Positions 1 to 9,226 of a DNA stretch of 64,000 bases are shown here, one piece after another. The stretch is from a virus. The translations under genes were made by a program, and so were the position numbers. Position 1 is the stretch's first letter. The number at the start of each line of letters is the position of its first letter. Location: positions 1 through 64,000 of the IMG/VR virus record IMGVR_UViG_3300036790_000468; one strand, written 5' to 3'. A model generated the notes under the pieces. That model saw only the letters and a list, made by a program, of their open reading frames with translations. It ran no database searches and was not told the origin of the DNA.

Positions 1-400
1 GGCGGTACACCTGGCCGTCCACCTGGCCGTGCACCTGGCCTTGCACCTGGCCTTGCACCTGGCCTTGCACCTGGCCGTGCACCTGGCCGTCCACCTGGCC
101 TTGCACCTGGCCGTACACCTGGCCGTGCACCTGGCCTTGCACCTGGCCGTACACCTGGCCGTACACCTGGTCGCCCACCTGGCCGTACACCTGGTCGCCC
201 ACCTGGCCGTACACCTGGCGGTACACCTGGCCTTGCACCTGGCCGTGCACCTGGCCGTGCACCTGGCCTTGCACCTGGCCGTGCACCTGGCCGTGCACCT
301 GGCGGTACACCTGGCGGTACACCTGGCCGTCCACCTGGTCGCCCACCTGGTCGCCCACCTGGCCGTACACCTGGCCGTACACCTGGCCGTCCACCTGGCC
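1..400. repeat. 12-bp tandem repeat (CACCTGGCCGTG consensus), about 33 copies in the window
   Basis: Directly visible; runs off the left edge. Confidence 0.97.
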
Positions 401-649
401 GCGATGCCGCAGCCCATCAGCCACGATCTCCGGGGCGACCGCCTGCCCGACCACCCCGGCCCACGGCGAGCCGAGCCAGATCATGAACCGGGGCGGCTCC
501 AGACCCGCAGCACGGTACGCGGCACGCACGCCTCCCTCGGCCGCCGACCGGTCGGCGCGCTCGGTGGACAGGCCGTGCGCAATCCACTCGTCGCGCACGA
601 CGGAAAGGAGGGTTTCCTGCTCGGGCGTCAGTGTGGTGAGCTTCGTCAT
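2..649 (-). CDS. DUF6745-like phage protein with (G/D/R)QV(Y/H/D/Q/G) repeats, 3'-truncated by the window edge
   Basis: Manual translation from ATG 649 (RBS GAGGA): MTKLTTLTPEQETLLSVVRDEWIAHGLSTERADRSAAEGGVRAAYRAAGLEPPRFMIWLGSPW...GQVDGQVY. Not in the ORF track because its stop lies outside the window. Confidence 0.8.
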   Translation of the reverse strand, partial: MTKLTTLTPEQETLLSVVRDEWIAHGLSTERADRSAAEGGVRAAYRAAGLEPPRFMIWLGSPWAGVVGQAVAPEIVADGLRHRGQVDGQVYGQVYGQVGDQVGDQVDGQVYRQVYRQVHGQVHGQVQGQVHGQVHGQVQGQVYRQVYGQVGDQVYGQVGDQVYGQVYGQVQGQVHGQVYGQVQGQVDGQVHGQVQGQVQGQVQGQVHGQVDGQVYR

Positions 650-738
650 GATGTTCCTCGGGTGGTATGTGGTTGGTGTCCCCTCCCGCCGCGATAGGCC
701 AGCGGCGGGAGGGGCGATTCAGTGGGCCGCAGCCCGGG

Positions 739-1083
739 TCACTCGGCGACGAACCCGCGACGCTCGCCACCCGAACCGGGCGGCCGCTGGTCATCGAGCT
801 CGAGAGCGAGCTCGAGCAGATGCGTCACCTCCGGTTCGTGCGCGGCGAGCATCGCGGCCACGTACGGGCCGGAGTCGCGGCACTGCGCCCAGACGGCATC
901 GACGTGCGCGTGCCGGGCTTCGGCCGCGTCGAGCGCGCCTTTCGCGGCACCGGGGTCACGCCGCGGCAACAGCGCGGGCGCGGCCTGATCGGCGCGGGCC
1001 GACGCACGCCCCAGACCCAGGCCGAGCAGGACGATGAAGGTCACGACGACGGCGACAGCCAGCCAGAACCAGGCGACGATCAC
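739..1083 (-). CDS. Hypothetical protein with N-terminal TM helix
   Basis: Hydrophobic N-terminus; start overlaps the stop of the upstream gene. Confidence 0.6.
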   Translation of the reverse strand: MIVAWFWLAVAVVVTFIVLLGLGLGRASARADQAAPALLPRRDPGAAKGALDAAEARHAHVDAVWAQCRDSGPYVAAMLAAHEPEVTHLLELALELDDQRPPGSGGERRGFVAE

Positions 1084-2240
1084 GACGCAGCCCCCTGACG
1101 CACCAGACCCAGCGCCCGCGCCCGCAGATCAGCAGCAGCCAACAGGGCATCCGTGACCTGCTGCGAAAGCCACCCCGACTGCGCCAGCACCGCGGCGATC
1201 ACCCCGTCGAGCTCCTCACCGGACTCCGCGGCCTCGATCCGGTCCCGCAGATCCGACTCCGCACGCTCCACCTGCGAGGGCTCGCCGGGCGCGAGACGCT
1301 GAGCCTCGGCCTGGGCCGCAGACGCCTGCTCCGCCTCGGACGGTGCGCCGGCGAACGGCGCCAGCCCGGACAGGATCTCGATCAGCTTCACGGCCTGCGC
1401 GTGCGAGAGCTTCGTGGTCGACGGGACGTCCACGCCGAGGAAGTAGCGCACCCCGGCCAGCTTGCGGTCGCGCTGCGCCGAGGTGACACCGCACTTCTCC
1501 AGGAACAGCTTCGAGATCGCGATGTGCTGGCCCTTGGTCGAGTCCGGCCCTGGTGCGGGCTGCTCCCACTCCGTGTTGTCCTGCGGGCCGCGCTGGGCAC
1601 GCGACTGCGCCGGCTTCGGCTCCCGAACCGTGGGCGCGGGTGCGGCCTCCTGCTGCTCGTCGAGCTCCCCGGACGTCACCGGCGCATCCGCCGGAATCTC
1701 GCCCAACTCCGCCACGCTCACCGCGAGCGGGTGGCCCGCCGTCGCAGCCACGACCGGCAGCGCGTCCTGGCGCCGCGTCTTGCTGTAGAGCGACAGGCCG
1801 AATTGATCGCCGAGGTCGATCGCGCAGCGCTTCAACGCCTGCGAGTACGCCGTCTTCAGCGCGTTGTCGTGCGCGTCGCCGATCGAGGGCTGATTGACCG
1901 ACTCACCCACGGCCGCGCCGTCGAAGTACCCGAGCTCGTTGCCCCAGACGTCACGCAGGTGCAGCCGCAGGCCCACCCGGTAGACGGCGGTGGTGCGGAA
2001 CTTGCCCTCCTCCTTCTGCGGCACGATCCGCTCGTGCACCAGCGTCTCGCTGCGGCACTCCTCGGACCATCCGGCGAACCCGAAGATGCGCGTCAGCCAC
2101 CGGCGCACGTCCCAGGCCTCGAGGTGGTCGTTGCCCTTCTGCTGGCGTACGCGCGCCTCGGAGATCATTCGGAGCAGCAGTTCCACCTGCTCGACGGTCA
2201 GGCCGCGCCGAGGCGTGGCCGCGAGGGTCTCAGTGCTCAC
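1080..2240 (-). CDS. Rad52/Rad22-family (Sak-like) single-strand annealing protein
   Basis: HLEAWDVRRWLTRIFGFAGWS and AHDNALKTAYSQALKRCAIDLGDQFGLSLY motifs. Confidence 0.88.
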   Translation of the reverse strand: MSTETLAATPRRGLTVEQVELLLRMISEARVRQQKGNDHLEAWDVRRWLTRIFGFAGWSEECRSETLVHERIVPQKEEGKFRTTAVYRVGLRLHLRDVWGNELGYFDGAAVGESVNQPSIGDAHDNALKTAYSQALKRCAIDLGDQFGLSLYSKTRRQDALPVVAATAGHPLAVSVAELGEIPADAPVTSGELDEQQEAAPAPTVREPKPAQSRAQRGPQDNTEWEQPAPGPDSTKGQHIAISKLFLEKCGVTSAQRDRKLAGVRYFLGVDVPSTTKLSHAQAVKLIEILSGLAPFAGAPSEAEQASAAQAEAQRLAPGEPSQVERAESDLRDRIEAAESGEELDGVIAAVLAQSGWLSQQVTDALLAAADLRARALGLVRQGAAS

Positions 2241-2740
2241 CGCTGCTCACCGCCGATCAGGCCGTCAGCGCGGTCCATGTCCCGGGCCGCGTCCGCCTGC
2301 TCGTCGCACTCGCCGCAGTCCGCCGAGTCGTGCACGCCCGCGTCGGCCGCCACCTGCTCGAGCGCGTCCCGGGAGACCACGAGTGCCTGGTAGTCCTCGG
2401 TCACGATCGAGCCGTCGGCCATCGCGAACTGCATCCACCGCCGCCCGCGACCAGTGGCCGGATGCCACTCGGCGTGCGGCACCGCCTCGTCGATCAGCAC
2501 CCACCGGTCGGCGAGCAGCAGCTCGTCGCCAGCGGTCAGCTCGCGCGCCGGGCGCGTACTCCCGTCCCCGGACGGCACGGCCAGCTCGGGCTCGAGCTCC
2601 ACCGCGGCCTCCATCGGCGGCTCGGCCACCGGCGTCGGCTCCACCTTCACCGCGGCCGGTGCCGGGGTCCGCATCCACGGCAGGTACCGGCCCGCGGCCT
2701 CGCGGGTGGCCTGCGACAGGCGCCTACGCGTAGGTCCCAT
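2237..2740 (-). CDS. Hypothetical phage early protein
   Basis: Coupled operon; C-terminal HxxxCxxC motif. Confidence 0.55.
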   Translation of the reverse strand: MGPTRRRLSQATREAAGRYLPWMRTPAPAAVKVEPTPVAEPPMEAAVELEPELAVPSGDGSTRPARELTAGDELLLADRWVLIDEAVPHAEWHPATGRGRRWMQFAMADGSIVTEDYQALVVSRDALEQVAADAGVHDSADCGECDEQADAARDMDRADGLIGGEQR

Positions 2741-3398
2741 TGCGGAGCACCTCCCCCGCGGTGATCGAGGCGTGCACAGCGGTCCGGACCGCGGGGTCCG
2801 AGTACGTCGAGTCGACCGGCGTGACGACCTGGCGGGCATCGTCGTACTGCTCGTCAGCGCCTTCGAGGCAGTCGGGGCACGACACCTCGTTGTCGTCGTG
2901 GGTGATCCGGCCGTCCGCAGCGCCACAGACCGCGTGTCCGGTGTCGCGGCCCGACTGCGTGAACTGCATCATGTGCGAGATCCGGAGAGCGCCGTTCAGG
3001 ATGTGCACCGACTCGCCGACGACACGGACTTCCTGCCGGTCGGCCGCCATCGCCTCGGCGTACGCGTCCGCGTCGATGATCGCCAGCACCTTGATCGGCA
3101 CCTCGGCGACCTTGATGCGCGTCCACAGGGACATCTGCCAACCCGACGGCTGGCTCCCCTGGGCGTACGGCGTGTGCATCTCGACCGTGCCGCCCGCGTA
3201 CGCGTGGACGGCCTCGATCGCGGCGCCCGCGTCCTTGTGCTGCGTGTAGGCCGTGCACTCCCAGCCCGCATCATGCACCGACCGGCGCAGTTCCACCCGG
3301 TCGAGCTGCGGCAGGTCCAGGTCCGCGCCCACGCCCAGGAAGTCCCACAGCTCGGCCGTCAGCGTGTCCAGCGTCTTCGTGCTCGTCGTCGCGGTCAC
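2724..3398 (-). CDS. Hypothetical phage early protein
   Basis: GTGA overlap with the upstream gene; C-terminal Cys motif. Confidence 0.6.
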   Translation of the reverse strand: MTATTSTKTLDTLTAELWDFLGVGADLDLPQLDRVELRRSVHDAGWECTAYTQHKDAGAAIEAVHAYAGGTVEMHTPYAQGSQPSGWQMSLWTRIKVAEVPIKVLAIIDADAYAEAMAADRQEVRVVGESVHILNGALRISHMMQFTQSGRDTGHAVCGAADGRITHDDNEVSCPDCLEGADEQYDDARQVVTPVDSTYSDPAVRTAVHASITAGEVLRNGTYA

Positions 3399-3844
3399 AG
3401 TGCCGCCCCCTCGGTCTCCTCGGCGCTCCAGGCCTCCACGGCCGCGCACGGATGGTCGGTGCACAGGTAGATCGAGCCCGCGGGCAGCGGCGCAGTCTCC
3501 GTGCACCCGGTAGCGCAGCAGCGGATCATCACGAACCCGGCCGCGGACAGGTACTGGGCCTGTGCGGCCCGCTCGATCCAGCCGACGATCACCGCCACGT
3601 ACTCCGGCTGGATCTCGGCCAGGACCCCCGCGACCGAGCGCTCACGGGGCCCGAGCACCACCCGGGCCCCGTGCAGCGCGCCCAAGATCATGCCCTCGTT
3701 GATGTGCTCGAGGGCGCGCATGGAGTCGTCCGGGCGGGTCAGGCGCGCGGCCTTGTAGACGGGTTCCGCGTCCATGGCGAGCGCGACGGAGTCGGGGTAG
3801 GGGCCGTGGACGGGCGCGGGGTGGTGCTCGACGACCGCGGTCAC
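3395..3844 (-). CDS. Hypothetical phage early protein
   Basis: Coupled starts and stops; Cys-rich C-terminus. Confidence 0.6.
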   Translation of the reverse strand: MTAVVEHHPAPVHGPYPDSVALAMDAEPVYKAARLTRPDDSMRALEHINEGMILGALHGARVVLGPRERSVAGVLAEIQPEYVAVIVGWIERAAQAQYLSAAGFVMIRCCATGCTETAPLPAGSIYLCTDHPCAAVEAWSAEETEGAAL

Positions 3845-4416
3845 GAGGCCACCTCGGCATCCTGCTGCGACGCGTTCGGGTCCAGGTCCGCCAACAGCGG
3901 GTCGAACGCCGGTGCGGCCGCGTGCGCACGCCGCCGGATCTCCTCCCGCACCTGCGCGGCCAGACCCACCAGCTCGGCGGTCCCGTTCTGGACGTGCGCC
4001 GTCACCATCCGCGCCTCATCCCCGCGCGCCGAAGTGAACCGGCGGGCCGGCCCGATCAGCTGGTGCAGGCGCTGCGAGTCGCGCTCGAGCATCTTCCGGG
4101 AGACCCCGAACAGGCCGCGCACCCGCGCCTGCGCCTCGTCGAACGCCGCGTCGACCTCGAGGAACGCGTCCGCCAACTGCTGCTGCGGCACATACGCCAC
4201 GGTCGTCCGGACCGCGCGCTTCGGGGCCTGCGGGACGCGCAGACCCAGCGTCCGCGACCCGCGCGCCGACTGCACCGCCAACACCGGCAACGGCACCGAC
4301 GGGCCCGGCTGCGGCTCGCGCAACACGGCCAGCCACTGCGGCGCGCCCTCGAGGCGGTTGCCCTCCTCGTCGATCACCCGGCGGTGTCGCCGGACACTGC
4401 TAGTACGATGGAACAT
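3841..4416 (-). CDS. Hypothetical phage protein
   Basis: RBS GAAGGAG before ATG 4416. Confidence 0.55.
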   Translation of the reverse strand: MFHRTSSVRRHRRVIDEEGNRLEGAPQWLAVLREPQPGPSVPLPVLAVQSARGSRTLGLRVPQAPKRAVRTTVAYVPQQQLADAFLEVDAAFDEAQARVRGLFGVSRKMLERDSQRLHQLIGPARRFTSARGDEARMVTAHVQNGTAELVGLAAQVREEIRRRAHAAAPAFDPLLADLDPNASQQDAEVAS

Positions 4417-4480
4417 GGACTTCTCCTTCAGGTAGTGGTCCATCCGCGCTCCCTGACTCCAGATCAGGGGGCGCGCTTCG

Positions 4481-4678
4481 CTACTGGGACTTCGAGGGCT
4501 GCGGCGCAGCGGCGAACAGGCGGCGTACCAGCGCGATCGCCTCCGGCGACGGCGGCGGCGCTGCCGCGACCCTCGCTTTGATATCGGCCACGACCTCGGG
4601 CCCGAGACGCGCAAGGAAGTACTCGTCCGAGTACGGCTCGACGTCGGCCCGCACCTCGGCGCTCACCTCGGCGCTCAC
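4481..4678 (-). CDS. Small hypothetical protein
   Basis: GTGA overlap with the antirepressor stop. Confidence 0.5.
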   Translation of the reverse strand: MSAEVSAEVRADVEPYSDEYFLARLGPEVVADIKARVAAAPPPSPEAIALVRRLFAAAPQPSKSQ

Positions 4679-5469
4679 GCCGCGACTCCCTCGGACATCA
4701 GCGCCGGCAGGCTCGCCGTGCCGCCGAGCAGCGCGTGCAGCTCGCCGAGGCCCTTGACCGTGATGCGCACCTGCTGCGTGGCGATGTCCTCGTCGCGCTT
4801 GGGGTGCTCGTAGGTGCTGGCCCGGATGGCGACGCGGCCGCACTGGATGTGGTGCTGGTAGGGGACGTTGTGCCGGTCGATCCACCCGATGTGCCGCAGG
4901 TAGGCGAACAGGCGCTTCTGGCCGCTCGAGATGCGCGGGTCGCGGCAGAGGATCTGAGCGGCCTCGCGGACGGCGTAGTCGCCAGACGCGTCGGCCATCT
5001 CGTCCCAGGCGCGGGCCGCGGGGGCGAGCTCGATCACCTGGAACTCGGCGCGGTGCGCCCGCTCCTCGGCGGCGCGCTTCTCGAGGATGAGGCGGACGTT
5101 GTGCTGCGCCAGCTCGAGCTCGTCAGGCGCCTGCGCCGGCAGTGAATACGAGCCGGTCCTGCGAATCGCCGGGAGCACATCGTGCGTGACCCAGCGCTGG
5201 AACTCGCGGGCGCCGATCGCGTTGCTGCGCATGATCAGCGCGTAGAGGCCCGGCTCGCTGACGACGCTCGCGAGCTGCTCGCCGCCAGGGGTACTCACCA
5301 GATGAGTACCCTTCTCGTCCTCGTCGAGGATGCGCACGGCGTTGAAGGCGTCGCGGTAGCCGAGGATCACGGCGACGTCGGAGCCGACGAACCAGGGCTC
5401 GCCATCGATGACGACCGTCCGGACCGTCTGGCCGGTCGTCGGGAAGGTGAAGGGGATGATCTCGGTCAC
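4675..5469 (-). CDS. Phage antirepressor (BRO-N + KilAC/ANT domains)
   Basis: VRTVVIDGEPWFVGSDVAVILGY, FQRWVTHDVLPAIRRTGSY, and C-terminal QVRITVKGL. Confidence 0.92.
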   Translation of the reverse strand: MTEIIPFTFPTTGQTVRTVVIDGEPWFVGSDVAVILGYRDAFNAVRILDEDEKGTHLVSTPGGEQLASVVSEPGLYALIMRSNAIGAREFQRWVTHDVLPAIRRTGSYSLPAQAPDELELAQHNVRLILEKRAAEERAHRAEFQVIELAPAARAWDEMADASGDYAVREAAQILCRDPRISSGQKRLFAYLRHIGWIDRHNVPYQHHIQCGRVAIRASTYEHPKRDEDIATQQVRITVKGLGELHALLGGTASLPALMSEGVAA

Positions 5470-5693
5470 GCGTCCCCCTTGATTGTGATTGCTTCGACGG
5501 GGACCTCGAGGGCTTCGGCGATGCGGGAGAGCGTGCGTGCGCTCGCACCACGGCGACCGAGTTCGATCTGCGAGAGGAACCCGCGGTTGAGGCCCGTTTG
5601 CCGTGAGAGGCCGCGCAGGCCTATCCGTTTGCCCTGTCGGATCGCCCGGATGGCGCTGCGGTTTGCCCTGGCGACATCCCGGTTTGCTGTCAT
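5466..5693 (-). CDS. Cro-like XRE HTH protein
   Basis: LRGLSRQTGLNRGFLSQIELG HTH; divergent from CI. Confidence 0.85.
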   Translation of the reverse strand: MTANRDVARANRSAIRAIRQGKRIGLRGLSRQTGLNRGFLSQIELGRRGASARTLSRIAEALEVPVEAITIKGDA

Positions 5694-5850
5694 AGCCCCA
5701 CCGTAGAGCAAACCATTTGCCCTCGCAACCCCCCACGTGAGCAAACCGGGGCGTGCGCGGGGGTGCGAAGTGAAAACCGCGCGCTGACTAAAAAGGGCGG
5801 TGTGCTCCCGAACGCTCCTGGCGTTTACTTCTAGGGCGTGCGGTTTGCTA
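5660..5850. promoter_or_regulatory. CI/Cro switch: leftward promoter TTGCGA-N17-TACGGT (leaderless cro) with repeated GCAAACC/GGTTTGC operator-like motifs
   Basis: -35 at 5723-5728 and -10 at 5700-5705 on the minus strand; motif copies near 5660, 5681, 5708, 5740 and 5842. Confidence 0.6.
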
Positions 5851-5864
5851 CCCGATGCGGCACG

Positions 5865-6416
5865 ATGGGCCCCGTGACGTACAACTGGAGCCGCTTAGCC
5901 CACCGGATCCGGAAACGCCGCACAGAACTCGGCCTCACCCAGGCCGACGTGGCCGACCAGGCCGACGTGACGGTGATGACGGTGCGGAACCTGGAGACAG
6001 GAAGAGAGTTCAAACGACTGCCCCACGCGCTGCCGGCTGTCGAGCGCGCCCTTGGGTGGGAGCCTGGCAGCGCCCAGGCCGTCCTCGACGACGGTGAACC
6101 GACGCCGCGTCGCCAAACCGGCCAAGTGGATGTCCAGGATGTGGACAATGCGCCAGCGGATCCACGCTCCGCGTCCTCGAACGGGTTAAACCTCCGCGTG
6201 CAGACCACCCTTGAGCGCGGTGAAACGGTCGATCAGCAGATTCTGGAATGGCCCGTGGGTGGCGAGTCGTTCTCCGTCGTCCTGGTGGCCAAGGTGGGTG
6301 AATACGTATCCGAAGAAGAACGGGCCGCGATGGGCGACAAGATGATCCAATGGGCCAAGGCGGTCAAGAGAATCGAACGCGCGCTCGATACCCCTGATGG
6401 TGAAGGCGGCGACTGA
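5865..6416 (+). CDS. CI-like immunity repressor (XRE HTH)
   Basis: RKRRTELGLTQADVADQADVTVMTVRNLETG; divergent from cro. Confidence 0.85.
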   Translation: MGPVTYNWSRLAHRIRKRRTELGLTQADVADQADVTVMTVRNLETGREFKRLPHALPAVERALGWEPGSAQAVLDDGEPTPRRQTGQVDVQDVDNAPADPRSASSNGLNLRVQTTLERGETVDQQILEWPVGGESFSVVLVAKVGEYVSEEERAAMGDKMIQWAKAVKRIERALDTPDGEGGD

Positions 6417-6537
6417 CCACTCCGCATACCTCACCGAATGTATCCCGCACCCTTGACCGGCACCCCGTACCGGGCCACCCTGAGCAATCCGCCCCGTTCG
6501 GGGGCCCACCGGGGCGAATACAGCAGGGGAGAACCAT

Positions 6538-6750
6538 ATGCACCAACCCGAGGAACATCACTGCGTCCAAATCCACCTCGTTGACGTCGCCGACCCCGAA
6601 GCACCCCCGTGCTGGCCCGGCATCGCCGCCGTCTCGGACGCCGATCACCTCGACATCTACTGCCCCGCCCAGATCGGCCGCGACGCGCGCCAGGTCTGCG
6701 TAGACCTGATCGTCGCCTACTGCCTCGGTCCCCTCGCGCGCACCGCGTAG
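6538..6750 (+). CDS. Small Cys/His-rich hypothetical protein
   Basis: RBS GGGGGAG; lies between repressor and integrase. Confidence 0.55.
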   Translation: MHQPEEHHCVQIHLVDVADPEAPPCWPGIAAVSDADHLDIYCPAQIGRDARQVCVDLIVAYCLGPLARTA

Positions 6751-6825
6751 CAGCCTGCTGGCCGCGCCCAGACCCCGCCCGGCCAGAAGCTGCCCGAACC
6801 GCCGCCCCCTTCCCCGGCGCGGGAT

Positions 6826-8253
6826 CTAGTACTTCCACTCCAGGTCATACCGCCCCGGCCGAATCCCCCGGACGCCCTTCCCAGCCGGGTTCATCCACGG
6901 CACCACCAGCGGCCTGATAACCGAACGCTGCCACGTCAGATCCTCCCCGCCCCCAATCCACTTCCCCCGCGCGCCCGGACCCGCGAGCTGTCGCAGCACC
7001 AGCGGCACCGACGCCGACTGCGCCCGCGACCGCGCATCCTCGATCAACGGAAGCAGCTGCTGCTCGAGCGAAGCCAGCGAAGCCGCCGACAGCACGACAC
7101 GCCCGTTCTCCCACCGGCCGGCCAGCGCACGCGCCTCCGCCAACTGCGCCTCGAGGGCCTGCGCCTGCGCCAGGGCCGCGGCCGTCCCGTCATCCGCGTG
7201 CGCGTTCGCGAGAGCCGCCGCGAACTCCGGGCGTTCCACATACTCGAGGAGAGCCAACGTGACGATCTCGTCGAGCACGGGCACCTGAATCGACGTCTTG
7301 AAGCACGCCACACAGATATACGCCCACTTGTCCGGCGCATACGAGCGGCGCGGCCTCGCGATCCCCCTGCACACCGAGCACCGGGCGATCCCCGAGAGCA
7401 GGAACTTCACCGCGTTCCCCTTCGCAGACAGACGCCCCGGATCCGAGAACAGCCGCACACACGCGTAGTACGTCTCCTCATCCAGGATCGGCTCCCACAC
7501 CGCATCCCCAATCACCGTTCCCTGATACTGCCGCTTCCCGATATACGTGGGCTTGCGCAGCAGATCCGGCAGGATCTCCGGCGACCACGGGCGCCCGGTC
7601 GGCCCCGGGATCCCCCGGTCGTTCAGATCCTTCGCGATCCGGTACAGCGACTGGCCGCCCGCCGCACGCCGCGCGATCTCGCGCACCACGGGCGCCTGAG
7701 CGTCGTCCGGGATCTGCTCGAGCAGCGCGCCCGTCCGCTCGTCGTACACGCGCCGGTACCCGTACGGGATGCGCCCGTGCGGCCGCCCACGCTCCGCATT
7801 CAGCCGCACGGTGCGCATGACCCGGTCCCGGATCGCGTCCGCCTCGTCCTCGGCCTGGAGCGCGTTCAGCCCCGTGATGAACCGGTCGGTGCGCCGGGTC
7901 ATGTCGTAGACGGTGCCGTTGTAGCACAGCACCACCCTGTGCTTGACGCACAGGTCCCGCAGCGTCACATACACCTTCAGGTCCCGGTACGCACGGGAGG
8001 CCTCCCACACCACCAGGACGTCGCACCGGCCGAGCCCGATCTCCTCGAGCATCCGCTCGTAGTCGGTGCGCCTGGACTTGCTATGCCTCGAGGCGCCCTT
8101 GCCCGGGTCGGTGAACCGCTCCACGATCGTCCAGCCCTGGCGTTCGCAGAACCGGGCGTTCTCCAGGTTCTGATCCGCGTTGGCCCGTTCGCTGGCGAGT
8201 CCCTTGACGTCGCGTGAGGTGCGGTCGTACACGAAGGCGCGTAGCTGCTCCAT
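6826..8253 (-). CDS. Large serine recombinase (phage integrase)
   Basis: YDRTS catalytic motif, WEASRAYR, recombinase domain PYGY, Zn ribbon CSVC...CVAC. Confidence 0.95.
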   Translation of the reverse strand: MEQLRAFVYDRTSRDVKGLASERANADQNLENARFCERQGWTIVERFTDPGKGASRHSKSRRTDYERMLEEIGLGRCDVLVVWEASRAYRDLKVYVTLRDLCVKHRVVLCYNGTVYDMTRRTDRFITGLNALQAEDEADAIRDRVMRTVRLNAERGRPHGRIPYGYRRVYDERTGALLEQIPDDAQAPVVREIARRAAGGQSLYRIAKDLNDRGIPGPTGRPWSPEILPDLLRKPTYIGKRQYQGTVIGDAVWEPILDEETYYACVRLFSDPGRLSAKGNAVKFLLSGIARCSVCRGIARPRRSYAPDKWAYICVACFKTSIQVPVLDEIVTLALLEYVERPEFAAALANAHADDGTAAALAQAQALEAQLAEARALAGRWENGRVVLSAASLASLEQQLLPLIEDARSRAQSASVPLVLRQLAGPGARGKWIGGGEDLTWQRSVIRPLVVPWMNPAGKGVRGIRPGRYDLEWKY

Positions 8254-8270
8254 GCCGTGAGGGTAGCGCA

Positions 8271-8326
8271 CACCTTTGCCCCTGTCCCAGGTTCTCGCCA
8301 GAAAAACCCGAGTCAGGGCAAAGGTG
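8271..8326. other. Putative intact attP for the serine integrase
   Basis: 56-bp imperfect palindrome with perfect 11-bp outer arms CACCTTTGCCC/GGGCAAAGGTG immediately upstream of int. Confidence 0.65.
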
Positions 8327-8351
8327 CGCCCAGCCAGTCGACCGGCTCTGA

Positions 8352-9101
8352 TCAGCCCAGCGGGATCTCGTACACCGCGCGATAGTGCGGGGGCAGCACA
8401 ACGTCCGCGGTCTCCAACGGGAGGTCGTCCTGCCAGTAGGTGCGCTGCACCTCGAGGATCGCAATCCCCGCGTGCAGCACGAGCTCCGCCGCCTCAGCCT
8501 CGGTCAACGTCCGCGGCGCAACCTCTTCGGTCACCCGCGTCGGCACATGCCCGATCAGCGCCATCCGGTCCCACACGCCCTTCCCCGCATGCGGACCGGA
8601 CTCCGGCAGCATCACCTCGGTCCCACCAGTGATCGCGAGCGGCTCCCAGGAGACGGACAGGTAGGTCGGCTCCCCGTCGAGCAGGAAAGTGTAGGCGGTG
8701 CGCATGACCCGCGCGCCGGCCTCGATCCTCAGCCGCTCGGCGACGGCCGGCGGGGCCGCGGTGGGCGAGCTGCTCGAGCGCCAACTGCCATCGCGCCTCA
8801 CCGCGGCCATCTCCGCACGCCACGGCGAGCCCGTCCCGGGCTGCTGGTACCAGGAGCGCACCATCCGGGTGACAGCGGGGCGCTCACGCACCCAGGAGCC
8901 CGCGCCGGGTTTCGACACAGTGAGCCCCTCGCGCAGCAGCTGCTCGTGCGCCTTGGCCGCAGTGGCGTTGGCTACCCCGTACTGCTCGCGGAGTGTGGCG
9001 AGGGTAGGCACCTGCTGGCCGGGCGCGAGCACGCCGGAGTAGATCGCCTGACGCAGGTCGTCGACGATCCGCTGATACTGCGGGGTGGCGATGGCTCTCA
9101 C
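8352..9101 (-). CDS. GntR/HutC-family regulator (wHTH + UTRA), KorSA-like
   Basis: YQRIVDDLRQAIYSGVLAPGQQVPT wHTH plus a UTRA-type C-terminus. Confidence 0.92.
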   Translation of the reverse strand: MRAIATPQYQRIVDDLRQAIYSGVLAPGQQVPTLATLREQYGVANATAAKAHEQLLREGLTVSKPGAGSWVRERPAVTRMVRSWYQQPGTGSPWRAEMAAVRRDGSWRSSSSPTAAPPAVAERLRIEAGARVMRTAYTFLLDGEPTYLSVSWEPLAITGGTEVMLPESGPHAGKGVWDRMALIGHVPTRVTEEVAPRTLTEAEAAELVLHAGIAILEVQRTYWQDDLPLETADVVLPPHYRAVYEIPLG

Positions 9102-9137
9102 CTCGTGTCGCGGATTACTCCTGAGGAGAGCTTGACG

Positions 9138-9173
9138 CAGCTATCTAGAGAGCGCAAGCTCTCTAGATAGCTG
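9138..9173. promoter_or_regulatory. Perfect 16-bp inverted repeat, likely GntR operator over divergent promoters
   Basis: CAGCTATCTAGAGAGC-GCAA-GCTCTCTAGATAGCTG directly after TTGACG (9132-9137). Confidence 0.75.
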
Positions 9174-9226
9174 GACTCTACGAATCCGGCCGACTACCAG
9201 CCGCCCGGCACGAGGGCAGGGACCCT

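Noticed and set aside
1-400. Possible CRISPR array or DGR variable region
   Set aside because: The units are contiguous 12-mers without spacers, and there is no cas or reverse transcriptase gene in the window.
29-697. Plus-strand 222-aa HLAV-repeat ORF
   Set aside because: Antisense shadow of the minus-strand DUF6745-like gene, which has an RBS and fits the operon direction.
3902-3917. TCGAAC-GCCG-GTGCGG SOS-like site
   Set aside because: Two mismatches, GC-rich spacer and intragenic; likely chance.
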